Assembly (NCBI GenBank): GCA_038146785.1
Contig: JAYQSI010000019.1
Coordinates: forward strand, 161,370 to 225,369
Length of the DNA: 64,000 nucleotides
Source of the DNA: Gammaproteobacteria bacterium
GTDB lineage: Bacteria > Pseudomonadota > Gammaproteobacteria > Chromatiales > Chromatiaceae
Direction: 5' to 3'
Both the position numbers and the translations under genes were made by a program. A model generated the notes under the pieces. The model ran no database searches. It was not told the DNA's origin and was given only the letters and a program-made list of their open reading frames with translations. This document shows, one piece after another, positions 9,640 to 22,021 of the stretch; within the stretch, counting starts at the first letter, position 1; each line of letters starts with the position of its first letter.

Positions 9640-10681
9640 GCGTACCTGGATTAAAGATCCGCTTCGGATCAAAGGTCTCTTTAAGACGTTTTTGTATGGG
9701 TGCTAATGCGGCTTGCGACGACATCGCCCAAGGCTCAGGTGATGCATTGCCGTAAAACTGTTTTGCGTGACCTTTGAGCTTTAAAGCTTCAGCTTTGATT
9801 TGCTCAGGCGCCGCATCTGAAATGATCCATCGTTGACCGCCTGCCCAATCGATAAGCGTTGAATCTGCGCAGGCGAGTGATGGAGCAGCTGGTGGTAGAG
9901 AAATACGCCATACAGGCTTAGAGCGATCGAAAAAGTCGAGTTGATGATCACGTAAGCGTTCCCAGAAGGTACTGTTCTCGGCCAGGCGTTCGCCACCGAT
10001 TTTCTTACTCCATGCATTCACACTGGCATGTGCGCCAGATAAGCGAATATAAAGCTGCCCATTGGTATAACAGGCGCCACTGAGTGGCATCGGAATAGCT
10101 GCGAGTTCGCGCATCTTTTGATGGGCTTCAGCTTCGCTGAGATCCTGAGTCAATGTGATGGTTTTGCTCGGCGCAGGTAATACTTTCAGTGAAACCTCAA
10201 GAAGCACACCAAGACTTCCTTGAGCGCCGGCCATCAGACGAGAAACGTCATAACCAGCGACGTTCTTCATCACCTCGCCACCAAAGCGCATGACATCACC
10301 GGTGCCAGTTAATAAACGGCAACCTAAAAGTACGTCACGAGGTGCGCCACCCCAGGGGCGACGAGGACCTCCCATGCCGCTAGCAACGGCGCCACCAATC
10401 GTGGTGTTTTCGCTGAAGTGAGGTGGCTCAAAAGATAAGTACTGACCGTTATCGGCAAGCAGCTTTTCAATTTCTACTATGGGTGTGCCAGCGCGAGCAG
10501 TCAGAACAAGCTCGGTTGGCTCGTAATTGACAACGCCAGCATGTGAGGTCATTTCAAGTGAGTCTGGAGCGTTACAGGCTTGTAAAAAAGCTTTGCTATT
10601 GCCGCCGACAATTTTCAGTGTCGTGTTATTGGTGTGAGCGGATTTAACCTGATCGATCAGTTGCTGTGTGTTATCAGTCAT
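9626..10681 (-). CDS. glcE: Glycolate oxidase FAD-binding subunit GlcE
   Basis: 351 aa, FAD_binding_4-type N-terminus (LKIVGGNSKAF...), overlaps the glcD stop by 1 nt. Confidence 0.8.
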   Translation of the reverse strand: MTDNTQQLIDQVKSAHTNNTTLKIVGGNSKAFLQACNAPDSLEMTSHAGVVNYEPTELVLTARAGTPIVEIEKLLADNGQYLSFEPPHFSENTTIGGAVASGMGGPRRPWGGAPRDVLLGCRLLTGTGDVMRFGGEVMKNVAGYDVSRLMAGAQGSLGVLLEVSLKVLPAPSKTITLTQDLSEAEAHQKMRELAAIPMPLSGACYTNGQLYIRLSGAHASVNAWSKKIGGERLAENSTFWERLRDHQLDFFDRSKPVWRISLPPAAPSLACADSTLIDWAGGQRWIISDAAPEQIKAEALKLKGHAKQFYGNASPEPWAMSSQAALAPIQKRLKETFDPKRIFNPGTHADL

Positions 10682-12156
10682 TAGAAGCGCTCCAAATGAG
10701 GGAAGCGCATATCACCTTGACTGATATGCATCGCGCCAAACTCAGCACAACGATTTAATGTTGGTATTGCTTTACCTGGGTTTAATAAACCTTGCTGATC
10801 AAACGCGGCTTTCACGGCATGGAAAAGCGTGATCTCTTCGGGTGGGAACTGCGCACACATTTGATTGATCTTTTCTAGACCAACGCCATGCTCACCTGTA
10901 ATTGAGCCACCCACTTCAACACAGGCTTCTAAGATCTTGCCGCCGAAAGCTTCAGCACGTTCGATCTCACCTGGCTCATTACCGTTATAAAGAATGAGAG
11001 GGTGTAGGTTGCCATCACCGGCATGGAATACATTAGCTGCACGCAAGCCATAGACTTCACTTAGGCGATTAATCTCACGCAGGATGTAGGGCAGGTGCTT
11101 ACGCGGAATGGTGCCATCCATGCAGTAGTAATCAGGCGAGATACGACCTACCGCAGGGAAGGCCGCTTTACGACCCGCCCAGAAGCGAGCGCGCTCGTTG
11201 TCATCTTTTGCGGTACGTACTTCAGTGGCACCTGAGTCAGTCAATCGCTGACGCACACGAGCGATCTCTTCAGAGACCTCTTCGTTATCCCCATCCACTT
11301 CGCATAGCAAGATGGCAGCCGCTTCAACGGGGTAACCGGCATGCACAAAATCTTCTGCAGCTTGCAGGGAGGGCTGATCCATCATTTCAAGACCGGCGGG
11401 CAAAATGCCTTCCGCAATCAGATCAGCAACCGCTTGTCCGGCTGTTTCAACATGATCGAAAGCCGCCATAACGACTTGTGCACGCTCTTGAATAGGCAAT
11501 AGCTTGACGGTGATCTCAACCACAATGCCCAACATGCCCTCTGAGCCGGTGATCAACGCCAGCAGATCAAAGCCTTCAGAATCAAGACCGCCGCTACCCA
11601 AAGTCACTAGCTCACCCTCAGCTGTGACAATGGTCACACTGAGTAGATTGTTAACTGTTAAGCCGTACTTTAAGCAATGCACGCCGCCCGCATTTTCCGC
11701 AACATTGCCGCCAATACTGCAGGCAATTTGTGAGGAGGGGTCTGGTGCGTAATACAAACCAAAGGGTTTAGCGGCTTCACTGATCGCCAGATTGCGAACG
11801 CCCGGTTGGACGGTAGCGCAGAGATTCGGTTTATCGATATCGAGTATTTGATTAAAGCGCGCAAGACTCAGCAGAACGCCATTTTCTAAGGGCAGTGCGC
11901 CACCAGAAAGACCAGTGCCGGCACCGCGTGCAACCACAGGCACTTGTTCTGCATGACAGATACGCATGATCTTTTGCACATCATCAATTGTTTCGGGTAG
12001 CACAACGATCAAAGGCAGATGTCGATAGGCGGCTAAGCCGTCGCATTCATAGGGCTTTCGTTCGGATTCTTCTGCCAAAACATAGGCCGGATCCACGAAA
12101 GATTTGAACTGTTCTGCGAGGCGCTCGCGTAGTGCGGATGTGTCTTGTGTGCTCAT
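10681..12156 (-). CDS. glcD: Glycolate oxidase subunit GlcD (FAD-linked oxidase)
   Basis: Near-colinear with E. coli GlcD as I remember it (...YECDGLAAYRHLPLIVVLP...APDPSSQIACSIGGNVAENAGGVHCLKYGLTV...NPGKAIPTLNRCAEFGAMH). Start moved to the internal MSTQDTS... codon. Confidence 0.85.
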   Translation of the reverse strand: MSTQDTSALRERLAEQFKSFVDPAYVLAEESERKPYECDGLAAYRHLPLIVVLPETIDDVQKIMRICHAEQVPVVARGAGTGLSGGALPLENGVLLSLARFNQILDIDKPNLCATVQPGVRNLAISEAAKPFGLYYAPDPSSQIACSIGGNVAENAGGVHCLKYGLTVNNLLSVTIVTAEGELVTLGSGGLDSEGFDLLALITGSEGMLGIVVEITVKLLPIQERAQVVMAAFDHVETAGQAVADLIAEGILPAGLEMMDQPSLQAAEDFVHAGYPVEAAAILLCEVDGDNEEVSEEIARVRQRLTDSGATEVRTAKDDNERARFWAGRKAAFPAVGRISPDYYCMDGTIPRKHLPYILREINRLSEVYGLRAANVFHAGDGNLHPLILYNGNEPGEIERAEAFGGKILEACVEVGGSITGEHGVGLEKINQMCAQFPPEEITLFHAVKAAFDQQGLLNPGKAIPTLNRCAEFGAMHISQGDMRFPHLERF

Positions 12157-12218
12157 AAGCCTATGATGCCGGAATAACTCCCCATATACTGCACTCATTG
12201 TCCAAATTTGGGGGTGAC

Positions 12219-13036
12219 ATGGAAGAGCGACCAGCAATATTTCTGATCTCAGATCGTACGGGTATTACGATTGAGAAGCTTGTGCACACACTGCTGACGC
12301 AATTTGATAATGCCACCACGGATGCGCATTTCCGCGCCTTTCAGGATACCCCCGAGAAAATCAGCAAATTAGTCGATGAGATCGATACGTTTGCCGAGCG
12401 CGAAGGCGTGGCGCCGCTGGTCTTCTCGAGTGTGGTGGATGAGTCGCTACGCAAACAGTTAAAAACAGCGAAAACGGAGATTGTCGATATCTTCGATATC
12501 TTTTTGCCGAATCTCTCAACCGCATTACATAAGCCGATGAACCAGAACGTGGGTAAAGCGCACGGTATGGGAACGGAGAGCGAATACGAGCGCCGGGTTG
12601 AGGCAGTTAACTATGCCTTGTCGTATGACGATGGTGCGCGCATTAAAGGCTTAGATAAAGCTGACCTGATTTTAATGGGTGTGTCGCGCAGTGGTAAAAC
12701 GCCAACCTGCTTGTATCTGGCGATGCAGTACAAAGTCCTCGCGGCAAACTATCCGCTGACCGAAGATGATTTTATGGAAGGTCGTTTGCCAGAGCCGCTT
12801 AAGCCCTTTAAAGAAAAACTCTTTGGTTTGAGTATCACACCTGAACGTCTGCATCAGATTCGTGAAGAGCGACGCCCTGGATCGAAGTACGCGAGTATTG
12901 ATCAATGTCGCCGTGAGATCACCGCCGCTGAAGCGCTGTATCGTCAGCAGGGTATTCAGTTTGTTGACTCAACCGCTGTGTCGATTGAAGAGCTCGCCAT
13001 TGCTGTGATGCAACAGATTGGTATGAAACGTGGTGT

Positions 13037-13040
<4 letters not shown>
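12219..13040 (+). CDS. ppsR: PEP synthase regulatory protein (bifunctional kinase/pyrophosphorylase, DUF299)
   Basis: MEERPAIFLISDRTGITIE...ADLILMGVSRSGKTPTCLYLA... matches the PpsR/YdiA pattern. Start at the internal Met. Confidence 0.85.
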
Positions 13041-14738
<1,698 letters not shown>

Positions 14739-14797
14739 TCACTCGCTACAATCGCGCGCTCATGAACGGGCATTGCCCCAATTTAAAGGTGAAAGGC

Positions 14798-15037
14798 ATG
14801 AAAGAAGTAAAAAAGACATCCGAGTACACCATTTACCAAAAGCGTAACGGTCGTCACGCGGTAAAAGGTTCTAACGGTTACGTAAACGGCGAAGAGAAGG
14901 CAAAGATCTTGTTGGCTGAAGGCTTGATCAAATTGACTGAGCCTCGTCCAGTTGAAGAAGCGCCTGCAGAAGAAGCAGAAGCTGAAGCACCAGCAGAGGC
15001 AGAAGCAGCTGAAGGTGGCGAAGAAGCTGAGGCGTAA
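14798..15037 (+). CDS. Small hypothetical protein with basic N-terminal half and acidic Ala/Glu-rich tail
   Basis: MKEVKKTSEYTIYQKRNGRHAVKGSNGYVNGEEKAKILLAEGLIKL...EEAPAEEAEAEAPAEAEAAEGGEEAEA. Own terminator follows. Confidence 0.5.
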   Translation: MKEVKKTSEYTIYQKRNGRHAVKGSNGYVNGEEKAKILLAEGLIKLTEPRPVEEAPAEEAEAEAPAEAEAAEGGEEAEA

Positions 15038-15055
15038 TCCTCACTTTGCTCGAAG

Positions 15056-15082
15056 AGCCCGGATTTTTCCGGGCTTTTTTTT
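15056..15082 (+). terminator. Rho-independent terminator
   Basis: AGCCCGG-ATTTTT-CCGGGCT followed by T8. Confidence 0.7.
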
Positions 15083-15104
15083 ACCCAAAATTCATCCGAA
15101 CTCA

Positions 15105-15132
15105 CTTGAAAAGTCCTGAAGTGACCTCATTT
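15105..15132 (+). promoter_or_regulatory. Sigma-32 (heat-shock) type promoter upstream of htpG
   Basis: CTTGAAA (15105-15111), 13-nt spacer, CCTCATTT (15125-15132). Consensus is CTTGAAA-N13-14-CCCCATNT. Lies ~60 nt upstream of the htpG start. Confidence 0.6.
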
Positions 15133-15190
15133 AGAGGGTGAATTCATAAATTAGCGCTTAATGCGCAGAAAACCTGGGAGAAAAGCGACG

Positions 15191-17110
15191 ATGTCGGCTA
15201 CCGCGCAAAAAGAAACCCTCGATTTCCAAGCAGAAGTCAGCCAAGTGCTGAATCTGGTGATCCGCTCACTCTATTCGAATAAAGAAATCTTTCTTCGTGA
15301 GCTGGTCTCGAATGCATCTGATGCAGCTGAAAAGTTACGCTTCGAGGCGCTGAGTAACGATGCGCTCTATGAAGAAGATCCAAATCTTAAAATCCGTATC
15401 TCAGTAGATGCTGACGCAAAAACGGTCACGATTGAAGATAACGGCATTGGTATGAGTCGAACCGAGGTCGGCGAGACGATCGGCACCATCGCCAGCTCAG
15501 GCACCAAGAAGTTCTTGCAGAACCTCTCTGGTGATCAGGCAAAAGACTCTGCATTGATCGGTCAGTTTGGTGTGGGTTTCTATTCCGCGTTTATCGTGGC
15601 GGATCGTGTGGTGCTCGAAACGCGTCGTGCGGGCATGAATGCCGATGAAGGTGTGCGCTGGGAATCAGCTGGTGAGGGCAGCTACACCATTGAGAATATC
15701 GATAAGCCATCTCGTGGTACCAAGATCACATTGCATTTGCGTGAAGATGAGGCGGAGTTCGCGGATAAGTGGCGCCTGCGTAACATCATTAACAAGTTCT
15801 CTGATCACATCGCAATGTCAGTTGAGATGCTGAGTGATCCAACGCCTGAGTTCGATGAGGACGGCAAAGAGAAACCATCGGATAAAAAGCCAGAGTGGGA
15901 GCAGGTCAACACAGGTACCGCGCTATGGATGCGTAATAAGTCGGATGTGTCAGACGAGGAATACCAAGAGTTCTATAAACACATCTCGCATGACTTCGAA
16001 GATGCGATGACATGGGCGCATAACCGCGTGGAAGGCTCACATGAGTACACCACTTTGTTGTATGTGCCGAGTAAGGCTCCGTTTGATCTGTGGGATCGTG
16101 AGCAGCGCCATGGCGTTAAGTTGTATGTGCGTCGCGTATTCATCATGGATGAAGCTGAGAAGCTGATGCCGCATTACTTACGCTTTGTGAAAGGCGTGGT
16201 CGATTCTGATGATCTACCGCTAAACGTTTCACGTGAGATTCTTCAAGCGGATAAAAAGATCGACAGTATCCGCAGCGGTAACGTTAAACGCGTGCTGGGC
16301 ATGCTTGAGAAGTTAGCTAAAGATGATGCTGAGAAGTATCAATCTTTCTGGAATCAGTTCGGTAATGTGCTGAAAGAAGGTCCGGGAGAGGATTTCGCCA
16401 ATAAAGAGAAGATTGGTGGTCTGCTGCGCTTCGCGTCAACCAAGTCAGATTCTAAAGATCAGGATGTTTCGTTTGATGCCTATATCGAACGTATGGCGGA
16501 GAAGCAGGACAAGATCTATTACATCACGGCAGATACCTTGTCCGCGGCTAAAAATAGCCCACACCTTGAGGTCTTCAAAAAGAAAGATATCGAGGTCTTG
16601 CTATTAACCGATCGTGTTGACGAATGGTTTGTCTCGCACTTTACCGAGTACAAAGGCAAGAAACTTCAGTCTGTCGCTAAGGGTGCGCTAGACCTGGGTG
16701 AGCTGGAAGATAAAGCGGATAAGGAAAAGGCAGAGAAAGCAGCGGAAGACAATAAAGGCTTACTTGAGCGCGTGAAGAATGCGTTGGGTGAGCAGGTGAA
16801 GGAATCCCGTGTGTCGACCCGATTGACCGACTCGCCAGCTTGTTTGGTAGTAGATGACTACGAGATGAGTCAAAACTTGGCGCGCGTGCTTAAGCAAATG
16901 GGCCAAGACGCTCCGATGCCGGTGCCGGTGATTGAGCTGAATCTGGAACATCCATTACTTAAGCGTATGGATGCTGAGGCAGATGAAGATAAGTTCAATG
17001 ATTTGGCGCAAGTCATCTTTGATCAGGCATTGCTTGCAGAAGGAGGTCAGCTAGAGGACCCTGCAAGTTTTGTGCATCGCTTGAATCGATTGCTACTGGA
17101 ACTGCAATAA
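15191..17110 (+). CDS. htpG: Chaperone HtpG (Hsp90)
   Basis: [45 protein letters not shown]...[12 protein letters not shown]. Start at the internal Met of ORF 15161..17110. Confidence 0.95.
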   Translation: MSATAQKETLDFQAEVSQVLNLVIRSLYSNKEIFLRELVSNASDAAEKLRFEALSNDALYEEDPNLKIRISVDADAKTVTIEDNGIGMSRTEVGETIGTIASSGTKKFLQNLSGDQAKDSALIGQFGVGFYSAFIVADRVVLETRRAGMNADEGVRWESAGEGSYTIENIDKPSRGTKITLHLREDEAEFADKWRLRNIINKFSDHIAMSVEMLSDPTPEFDEDGKEKPSDKKPEWEQVNTGTALWMRNKSDVSDEEYQEFYKHISHDFEDAMTWAHNRVEGSHEYTTLLYVPSKAPFDLWDREQRHGVKLYVRRVFIMDEAEKLMPHYLRFVKGVVDSDDLPLNVSREILQADKKIDSIRSGNVKRVLGMLEKLAKDDAEKYQSFWNQFGNVLKEGPGEDFANKEKIGGLLRFASTKSDSKDQDVSFDAYIERMAEKQDKIYYITADTLSAAKNSPHLEVFKKKDIEVLLLTDRVDEWFVSHFTEYKGKKLQSVAKGALDLGELEDKADKEKAEKAAEDNKGLLERVKNALGEQVKESRVSTRLTDSPACLVVDDYEMSQNLARVLKQMGQDAPMPVPVIELNLEHPLLKRMDAEADEDKFNDLAQVIFDQALLAEGGQLEDPASFVHRLNRLLLELQ

Positions 17111-17111
17111 G

Positions 17112-17138
17112 AAAAGCCGGCGTAAGCCGGCTTTTTTA
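17112..17138. terminator. Bidirectional rho-independent terminator
   Basis: GCCGGC-GTAA-GCCGGC with a flanking A-run and T-run, between convergent htpG and the REC/GGDEF-like gene. Confidence 0.7.
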
Positions 17139-18095
17139 ATGGGTGGTTAATTCGTTGGGTTCGAGTTGATCGACTAAGAAGTGGTCCGACGACTGTTTGG
17201 CTTGTAAAAGCAGATCGCCGACACGATCAATCACGCTGTCAGCATTTACTTTGTAATCCTTGATATCAGCGACAGGCAATACGCCAAGTGCCATGCTTGA
17301 TGCAGATGTGTTCTCTTGTTGAGTCAGACCTGCGATGACCTGATTAAAGTTACTTTGCAGCTGACGGTGATAGTTAATCGACCGTTGCTTATCTAGATCG
17401 TAGCTTACCGTGATGAAGCGAGCAGGGCCGTTGTGCGCAATCATTTCGCCTGCACGGGTAAAGGAACGACTCATGGTGTCTGATAGTACCTGCAGAAGCA
17501 CGTTACTCAGGTTTTGGCTAAAAGTTGCCTCAATCTGATCAAAGTTATTCACCTCAATCATGGAAATCATCAAGTTATGCGAGCTTGGCTGTGTTTTTTG
17601 AAAGCTGTTATTTAGCGATTGACGCAAATAGCTCTCGGTATACAGGCCGGTTAAAGCATCGGTTTTTTCGCTGTGAATCTTTTCGTTGACCTGACGCAAG
17701 CGCGACTCAATTCGACTACGCAGACGTAAAGGGTTGCTCGTTTTCTTAACAACATCGGTAGCCCCTTTATCCATCGCTTGTACTTCAAGCGCAAGGTTGT
17801 CTGCGGTTGTATAGCAGATGATTGGGGTGTCTCGAAACTCGTCGCTTTCGCGCAGTTGTTGGCAAAGCGCTAGGTTTTCAGGTCTATCAAGTCCGATAGA
17901 AATAATGAACAGATCGGAGTCGATAGCATCCTCAAGGTTGTGAAGGCTTTTTAAGCACGATAGATCACCGAGGTCACCGAGTTGCTCACACAAGAAATTC
18001 AACGCTTTGGTGTCGGCCTCAACGATCGTGATGTGCGGCGGGGGCGTTGTTATCGATGGTTTATTGCTCAACATGCTTTCAACCGAGGTACTCAT
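17136..18095 (-). CDS. Receiver-like domain + degenerate (probably inactive) GGDEF domain protein
   Basis: 319 aa. C-terminal half starts DALTGLYTESYLRQSL (GGDEF fold entry), but the signature position reads NGPARF instead of GG(D/E)EF. Confidence 0.7.
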   Translation of the reverse strand: MSTSVESMLSNKPSITTPPPHITIVEADTKALNFLCEQLGDLGDLSCLKSLHNLEDAIDSDLFIISIGLDRPENLALCQQLRESDEFRDTPIICYTTADNLALEVQAMDKGATDVVKKTSNPLRLRSRIESRLRQVNEKIHSEKTDALTGLYTESYLRQSLNNSFQKTQPSSHNLMISMIEVNNFDQIEATFSQNLSNVLLQVLSDTMSRSFTRAGEMIAHNGPARFITVSYDLDKQRSINYHRQLQSNFNQVIAGLTQQENTSASSMALGVLPVADIKDYKVNADSVIDRVGDLLLQAKQSSDHFLVDQLEPNELTTH

Positions 18096-18104
18096 TATTC
18101 GCTC

Positions 18105-19107
18105 CTAGGCTGCGCCTGCGCCTTGTTGTACAAGCTGTTGATCAATCAACTGGCTGTGAATCTGATCTCGGCCGTTTCGCTTTGAGATATACATTTGCTC
18201 ATCTGCTTGCTCAATCAATTGCTTGATGGTTTCAAGTGGCTCAACGTTGTTAGCGCTTTTAGCGGTACTCATATCCAAGATGGCTACGCCAATTGATAGG
18301 GTGATGCGTGTTTTTACGCCATCAAGCTCGATATGAATGTCTTCTACAGCTTTCGCTAGCTTACTGGTGTGAGCATCGACAGATGCAGGTGTTGGTGAGG
18401 TGCTCAGGGCAATGAATTCATCCCCTGCAAAGCGTCCAATGACTTCACCTTCACGCGCGAAGGATGCTTTCAGTGTTTTTGCGACCAACTTAATAACTTT
18501 GTCACCAGCGAGGTGTCCGTAGGTGTCGTTGTAATGTTTGAAGTGGTCGATATCAAACAAGTACAAGCCCATGCAGTAGCCCATACGAGCGGCACGTTTA
18601 AATTCTGCTGCAGCATGCTCAAGAAAAGCATGACGATTGAATAACTGACTTAAGCCATCGCGTTGGGCAGTTTCTTGCAATTGGTCATAAAGGCTTTTGT
18701 TTTGCAGGTGAACCTGAATGCGCATTTGTAAGCGGAAGAAACTAATTGGCTTTTCGATAAAGTCGTTAGCGCCTGCATCAAAGGCGAGCTTCTCCAGTTG
18801 AGGATCATTGAAGCTCGAATAAATCAGGATGGGTAGGAAGTCACGATTAAAACGCTCACGGACTTGGGTGCAGAATTCAACGCCATGCATTTCTTTCATC
18901 ATCATGTCGGTGATGATGGCATCTACGCAACCGTGACCATCAAGATAGCTCAGCGCATCTTGCGGGATTGCCAAAATCGACAACGCGACCTAACGGTTTT
19001 AAGGCTTCTTTGAGGGTGGCGCGGGTGCTGTCATCGTCTTCTACGACCATGATGCACGGTGTCATTCCACTGACTTCAGCAGCGATGTTGTCTGCAGTTA
19101 ATTCCAT
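18105..19107 (-). pseudogene. Response-regulator diguanylate cyclase (REC-GGDEF, AGDEF signature) with one frameshift in the REC domain
   Basis: ORF 18105..18983 has ...DGLSQLFNRHAF...LFDIDHFKHYNDTYGHLAGDKV...RFAGDEFIAL. The REC N-terminus MELTADNIAAEVSGMTPCIMVVEDDDSTRATLKEALKPLG... starts at ATG 19107-19105 in another frame. The frames meet near 18975-18990 (TTTTGG run). Confidence 0.8.
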
Positions 19108-19194
19108 AATTTTTCGCGAAAAAAAGGGGTTCCCACTATTGAGAACCCCTTAACGGCAGAAAAAGCCTTTATTTAGCTGATTTTGATGAAATTT

Positions 19195-21393
19195 TTAGAA
19201 GAATCTCATCACCGGCGCTTGAACTAAGTCATTGAATGCCATGTTCTTTAAGCTCAGGCGCATGGCGTGGAGTACAGGCTCGGTGTAACCACTTGGTACT
19301 TCACGGCCACGGAAAACCAATTGCTTTGAGCTTTCGAAGGCGTAGCCCTGATAAGTCGGTGCGATCGGGGTGTATGTCGGGTCATTCGCGTTCTGACCAT
19401 CGACAACTTTGGCCATGCGGCGCATAGCCTCGATGATTTGCTTCTCGTTTACCCATCCGTGATACAGCCAGTTAGCAATGTGCTGGCTTGAAATGCGCAA
19501 TGTTGCACGGTCTTCCATCAAGCCGGTGTCTGAGATATCAGGTACTTTTGAGCAGCCCACACCTTGATCAATCCAACGAACAACGTAGCCCAAGATGCCC
19601 TGACAGTTGTTGTCGAGCTCTTGCTGAATCTCTTCAGCTGAGTAGGTGCCAGTTGCCAAAGGTAGAGTGAGAAGATCATCCAGTGAGGCAAGACCGCGTT
19701 GCTTTACTTTCTCTTGCTCAGCCCAGACATCAACTTGGTGGTAATGAATGGCGTGTAAAGTCGCAGCCGTTGGAGAGGGCACCCAAGCACAGTTAGCACC
19801 GGTTTTAGGGTGCGCGACTTTCTGCTCAACCATAGCAGCCATTTCGTCTGGCATTGCCCACATGCCTTTACCGATCTGCGCTTTGCCGCTTAGGCCGCAA
19901 GCTAGACCGATATCTACGTTCCAGTCTTCATAAGCTTTGATCCAGGCTTGGGTTTTCATCTCAGCTTTACGAACCACTGGGCCTGCCATCATGGCGGTAT
20001 GGATTTCATCGCCAGTGCGATCGAGGAAGCCGGTATTGATGAAGATCAGACGCTCACGCGCAGCATGAATACATGCCTTGAGGTTAACCGTGGTGCGCTT
20101 CTCCTCGTCCATCAAGCCAATCTTAAGTGTGTTGCGATCAAGGCCGAGCGCATCTTCAACCTTACCGAAGAGTTCAACTGCAAAAGCGACTTCTTCTGGG
20201 CCATGCATTTTTGGCTTAACGATATAAACCGAACCTTCGCGGCTGTTTTGATGCTGACCATTACCTTGAAGGTCATGCATCGCGATCATGCTGGTGATAA
20301 GTGCGTCGAGTTGACCTTCGAAAACTTGATCGCCATTGGCATCGAGAACCGCAGGGGTTGTCATCAAGTGACCGACATTACGCACTAAGATAAGCGCGCG
20401 ACCAGGTAACACTAATAAAGAGCCATCTGTACCGATGTACTCACGATCTTCATTCAAGGTGCGGGTAAAGCTTTTATCGCCTTTCTTAACTTGAGTGCTC
20501 AAGTCACCTTTCATTAAGCCTAGCCAGTTACGGTACACCAAGGTTTTATCTTCACCATCAACTGCAGCTACTGAGTCTTCACAGTCTTGGATAACAGTCG
20601 CGGCAGATTCAAAGATGACATCACAAACGCCAGATGAGCTGTTCTTGCCGATAGGGTGGTCACGATTGATATGTAACTCGATGTAACGTCCGTTTTGTAC
20701 GAGCAGTACGAGTGATGGATTGCTTTCATCGCCTTGATAACCGGCGAACTGATTGTTATCAGCCAATGTGGTATCGCCAGCGTTTGTTGCAATGTTTAAC
20801 GTGCCTTTATTGATGCTAAAGCCAGTGATGCTGGCATAGTCTTCGCCGTTAGCGAGTGGGCAGAAGGTTTTCAGAAGATCATTGGTGTAAGCCACAACAG
20901 CAGCAGCACGTTTTTCATCTAAGCCTTTACCGCTTGCAGGTGCTTCCGGCAGCATGTCAGAACCGTACACAGCGTCATACACAGAGCCCCAGCGTGCGTT
21001 AGCTGCATTCAATGCATAGCGAGCGTTATTAACCGGTACAACAAGTTGAGGTGCAGCGGTTGTTGCGATTTCAGCATCAACATTCTTAGTGCTGATAGAG
21101 AAGTCAGCCACTTCATCAACTAAGTAACCAATCTCTTTTAAGAAGGCCTTATAGCTTGCGACGGTGTAGTCATTTGACTGATGCCACTCATCGATTTGAT
21201 GCTGTAATTGAGCACGCTTTTGCAGCAAAGCACGATTCTTCGGCGCGCATTCAGCAAAAAGTTTTGCCATCGATTCGAAGAAGGCTGAAGCGTCAATGCC
21301 AGTGCCAGGCAGCGCATCGTTGACGAGGAAGTCATGCAAGCCTTTCTCGATTTTGATGCCAGCAACGTCGATGTAGTGTGTTGAGGTGCTCAT
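19195..21393 (-). CDS. glcB: Malate synthase G
   Basis: ~732 aa. [33 protein letters not shown]... and ...[15 protein letters not shown]...[12 protein letters not shown] are typical of the G-type enzyme. Confidence 0.95.
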   Translation of the reverse strand: MSTSTHYIDVAGIKIEKGLHDFLVNDALPGTGIDASAFFESMAKLFAECAPKNRALLQKRAQLQHQIDEWHQSNDYTVASYKAFLKEIGYLVDEVADFSISTKNVDAEIATTAAPQLVVPVNNARYALNAANARWGSVYDAVYGSDMLPEAPASGKGLDEKRAAAVVAYTNDLLKTFCPLANGEDYASITGFSINKGTLNIATNAGDTTLADNNQFAGYQGDESNPSLVLLVQNGRYIELHINRDHPIGKNSSSGVCDVIFESAATVIQDCEDSVAAVDGEDKTLVYRNWLGLMKGDLSTQVKKGDKSFTRTLNEDREYIGTDGSLLVLPGRALILVRNVGHLMTTPAVLDANGDQVFEGQLDALITSMIAMHDLQGNGQHQNSREGSVYIVKPKMHGPEEVAFAVELFGKVEDALGLDRNTLKIGLMDEEKRTTVNLKACIHAARERLIFINTGFLDRTGDEIHTAMMAGPVVRKAEMKTQAWIKAYEDWNVDIGLACGLSGKAQIGKGMWAMPDEMAAMVEQKVAHPKTGANCAWVPSPTAATLHAIHYHQVDVWAEQEKVKQRGLASLDDLLTLPLATGTYSAEEIQQELDNNCQGILGYVVRWIDQGVGCSKVPDISDTGLMEDRATLRISSQHIANWLYHGWVNEKQIIEAMRRMAKVVDGQNANDPTYTPIAPTYQGYAFESSKQLVFRGREVPSGYTEPVLHAMRLSLKNMAFNDLVQAPVMRFF

Positions 21394-21538
21394 GCGAAAC
21401 CCTTTCTGCAAATGAAATTAACCATTGCAGACTAATGAGTCTGAGAAGCGTTTTCGCATTATATTTTTCAATGTTGCGCGTATGTCTTGATCGCTGCTTT
21501 ATGCTTAGCACATCACCATCATCGAGAGATTTAGACCA

Positions 21539-22018
21539 ATGACTGAAAAGGTAATTGCAACCGCAGATCTATCTGACGAGCTAGGTAAAGACGCGCAGGT
21601 GTTAGCGCCTCATTGGAATAACTACGGCGGCAATGTCGCGTTTTCTGGACCTGCTGCCACTGTGCGTTGTCACGATGACAACAGCAAGGTGCGTGAAATG
21701 TTAGAAACCCCGGGGAATGGTCGGGTGCTCTTTGTGAATGGCGGTGGTTCTACTCAGTGTGCATTACTGGGCGACATGCTGGGTGATCTAGCGGTGAAAA
21801 ACGGTTGGGCGGGCATTATCGTTCACGGATGTGTACGTGATTCAGCCGCTTTACTGAAATTACCCTTAGGCGTTAAAGCGCGCGGCACCCATCCGCAGAA
21901 AAGCGTGAAAGGTGGTCAGGGTGATACCGAGGTAACGATTGCCTGTTGTGGCGCTGTGGTTGCACCAGGCGACATGATCTATGCCGACGAAGACGGCATT
22001 CTTGTGGTGCGCCAGTAA
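21539..22018 (+). CDS. RraA-family protein (RNase E regulator / HMG-CHA aldolase-oxaloacetate decarboxylase family)
   Basis: 159 aa. TADLSDELG...VLFVNGGGSTQCALLGDMLGDLAVKNGWAGIIVHGCVRD...PGDMIYADEDGILV. Confidence 0.85.
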   Translation: MTEKVIATADLSDELGKDAQVLAPHWNNYGGNVAFSGPAATVRCHDDNSKVREMLETPGNGRVLFVNGGGSTQCALLGDMLGDLAVKNGWAGIIVHGCVRDSAALLKLPLGVKARGTHPQKSVKGGQGDTEVTIACCGAVVAPGDMIYADEDGILVVRQ

Positions 22019-22021
22019 AGC

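Noticed and set aside
14940-15037. Repetitive GAAGC(A/T)GA... nucleotide tract, checked as a possible tandem repeat or CRISPR-like array
   Set aside because: It is the in-frame coding of an Ala/Glu-rich tail (EAEAEAPAEAEAAE). There is no spacer/repeat organisation. No CRISPR array was seen anywhere in the window.
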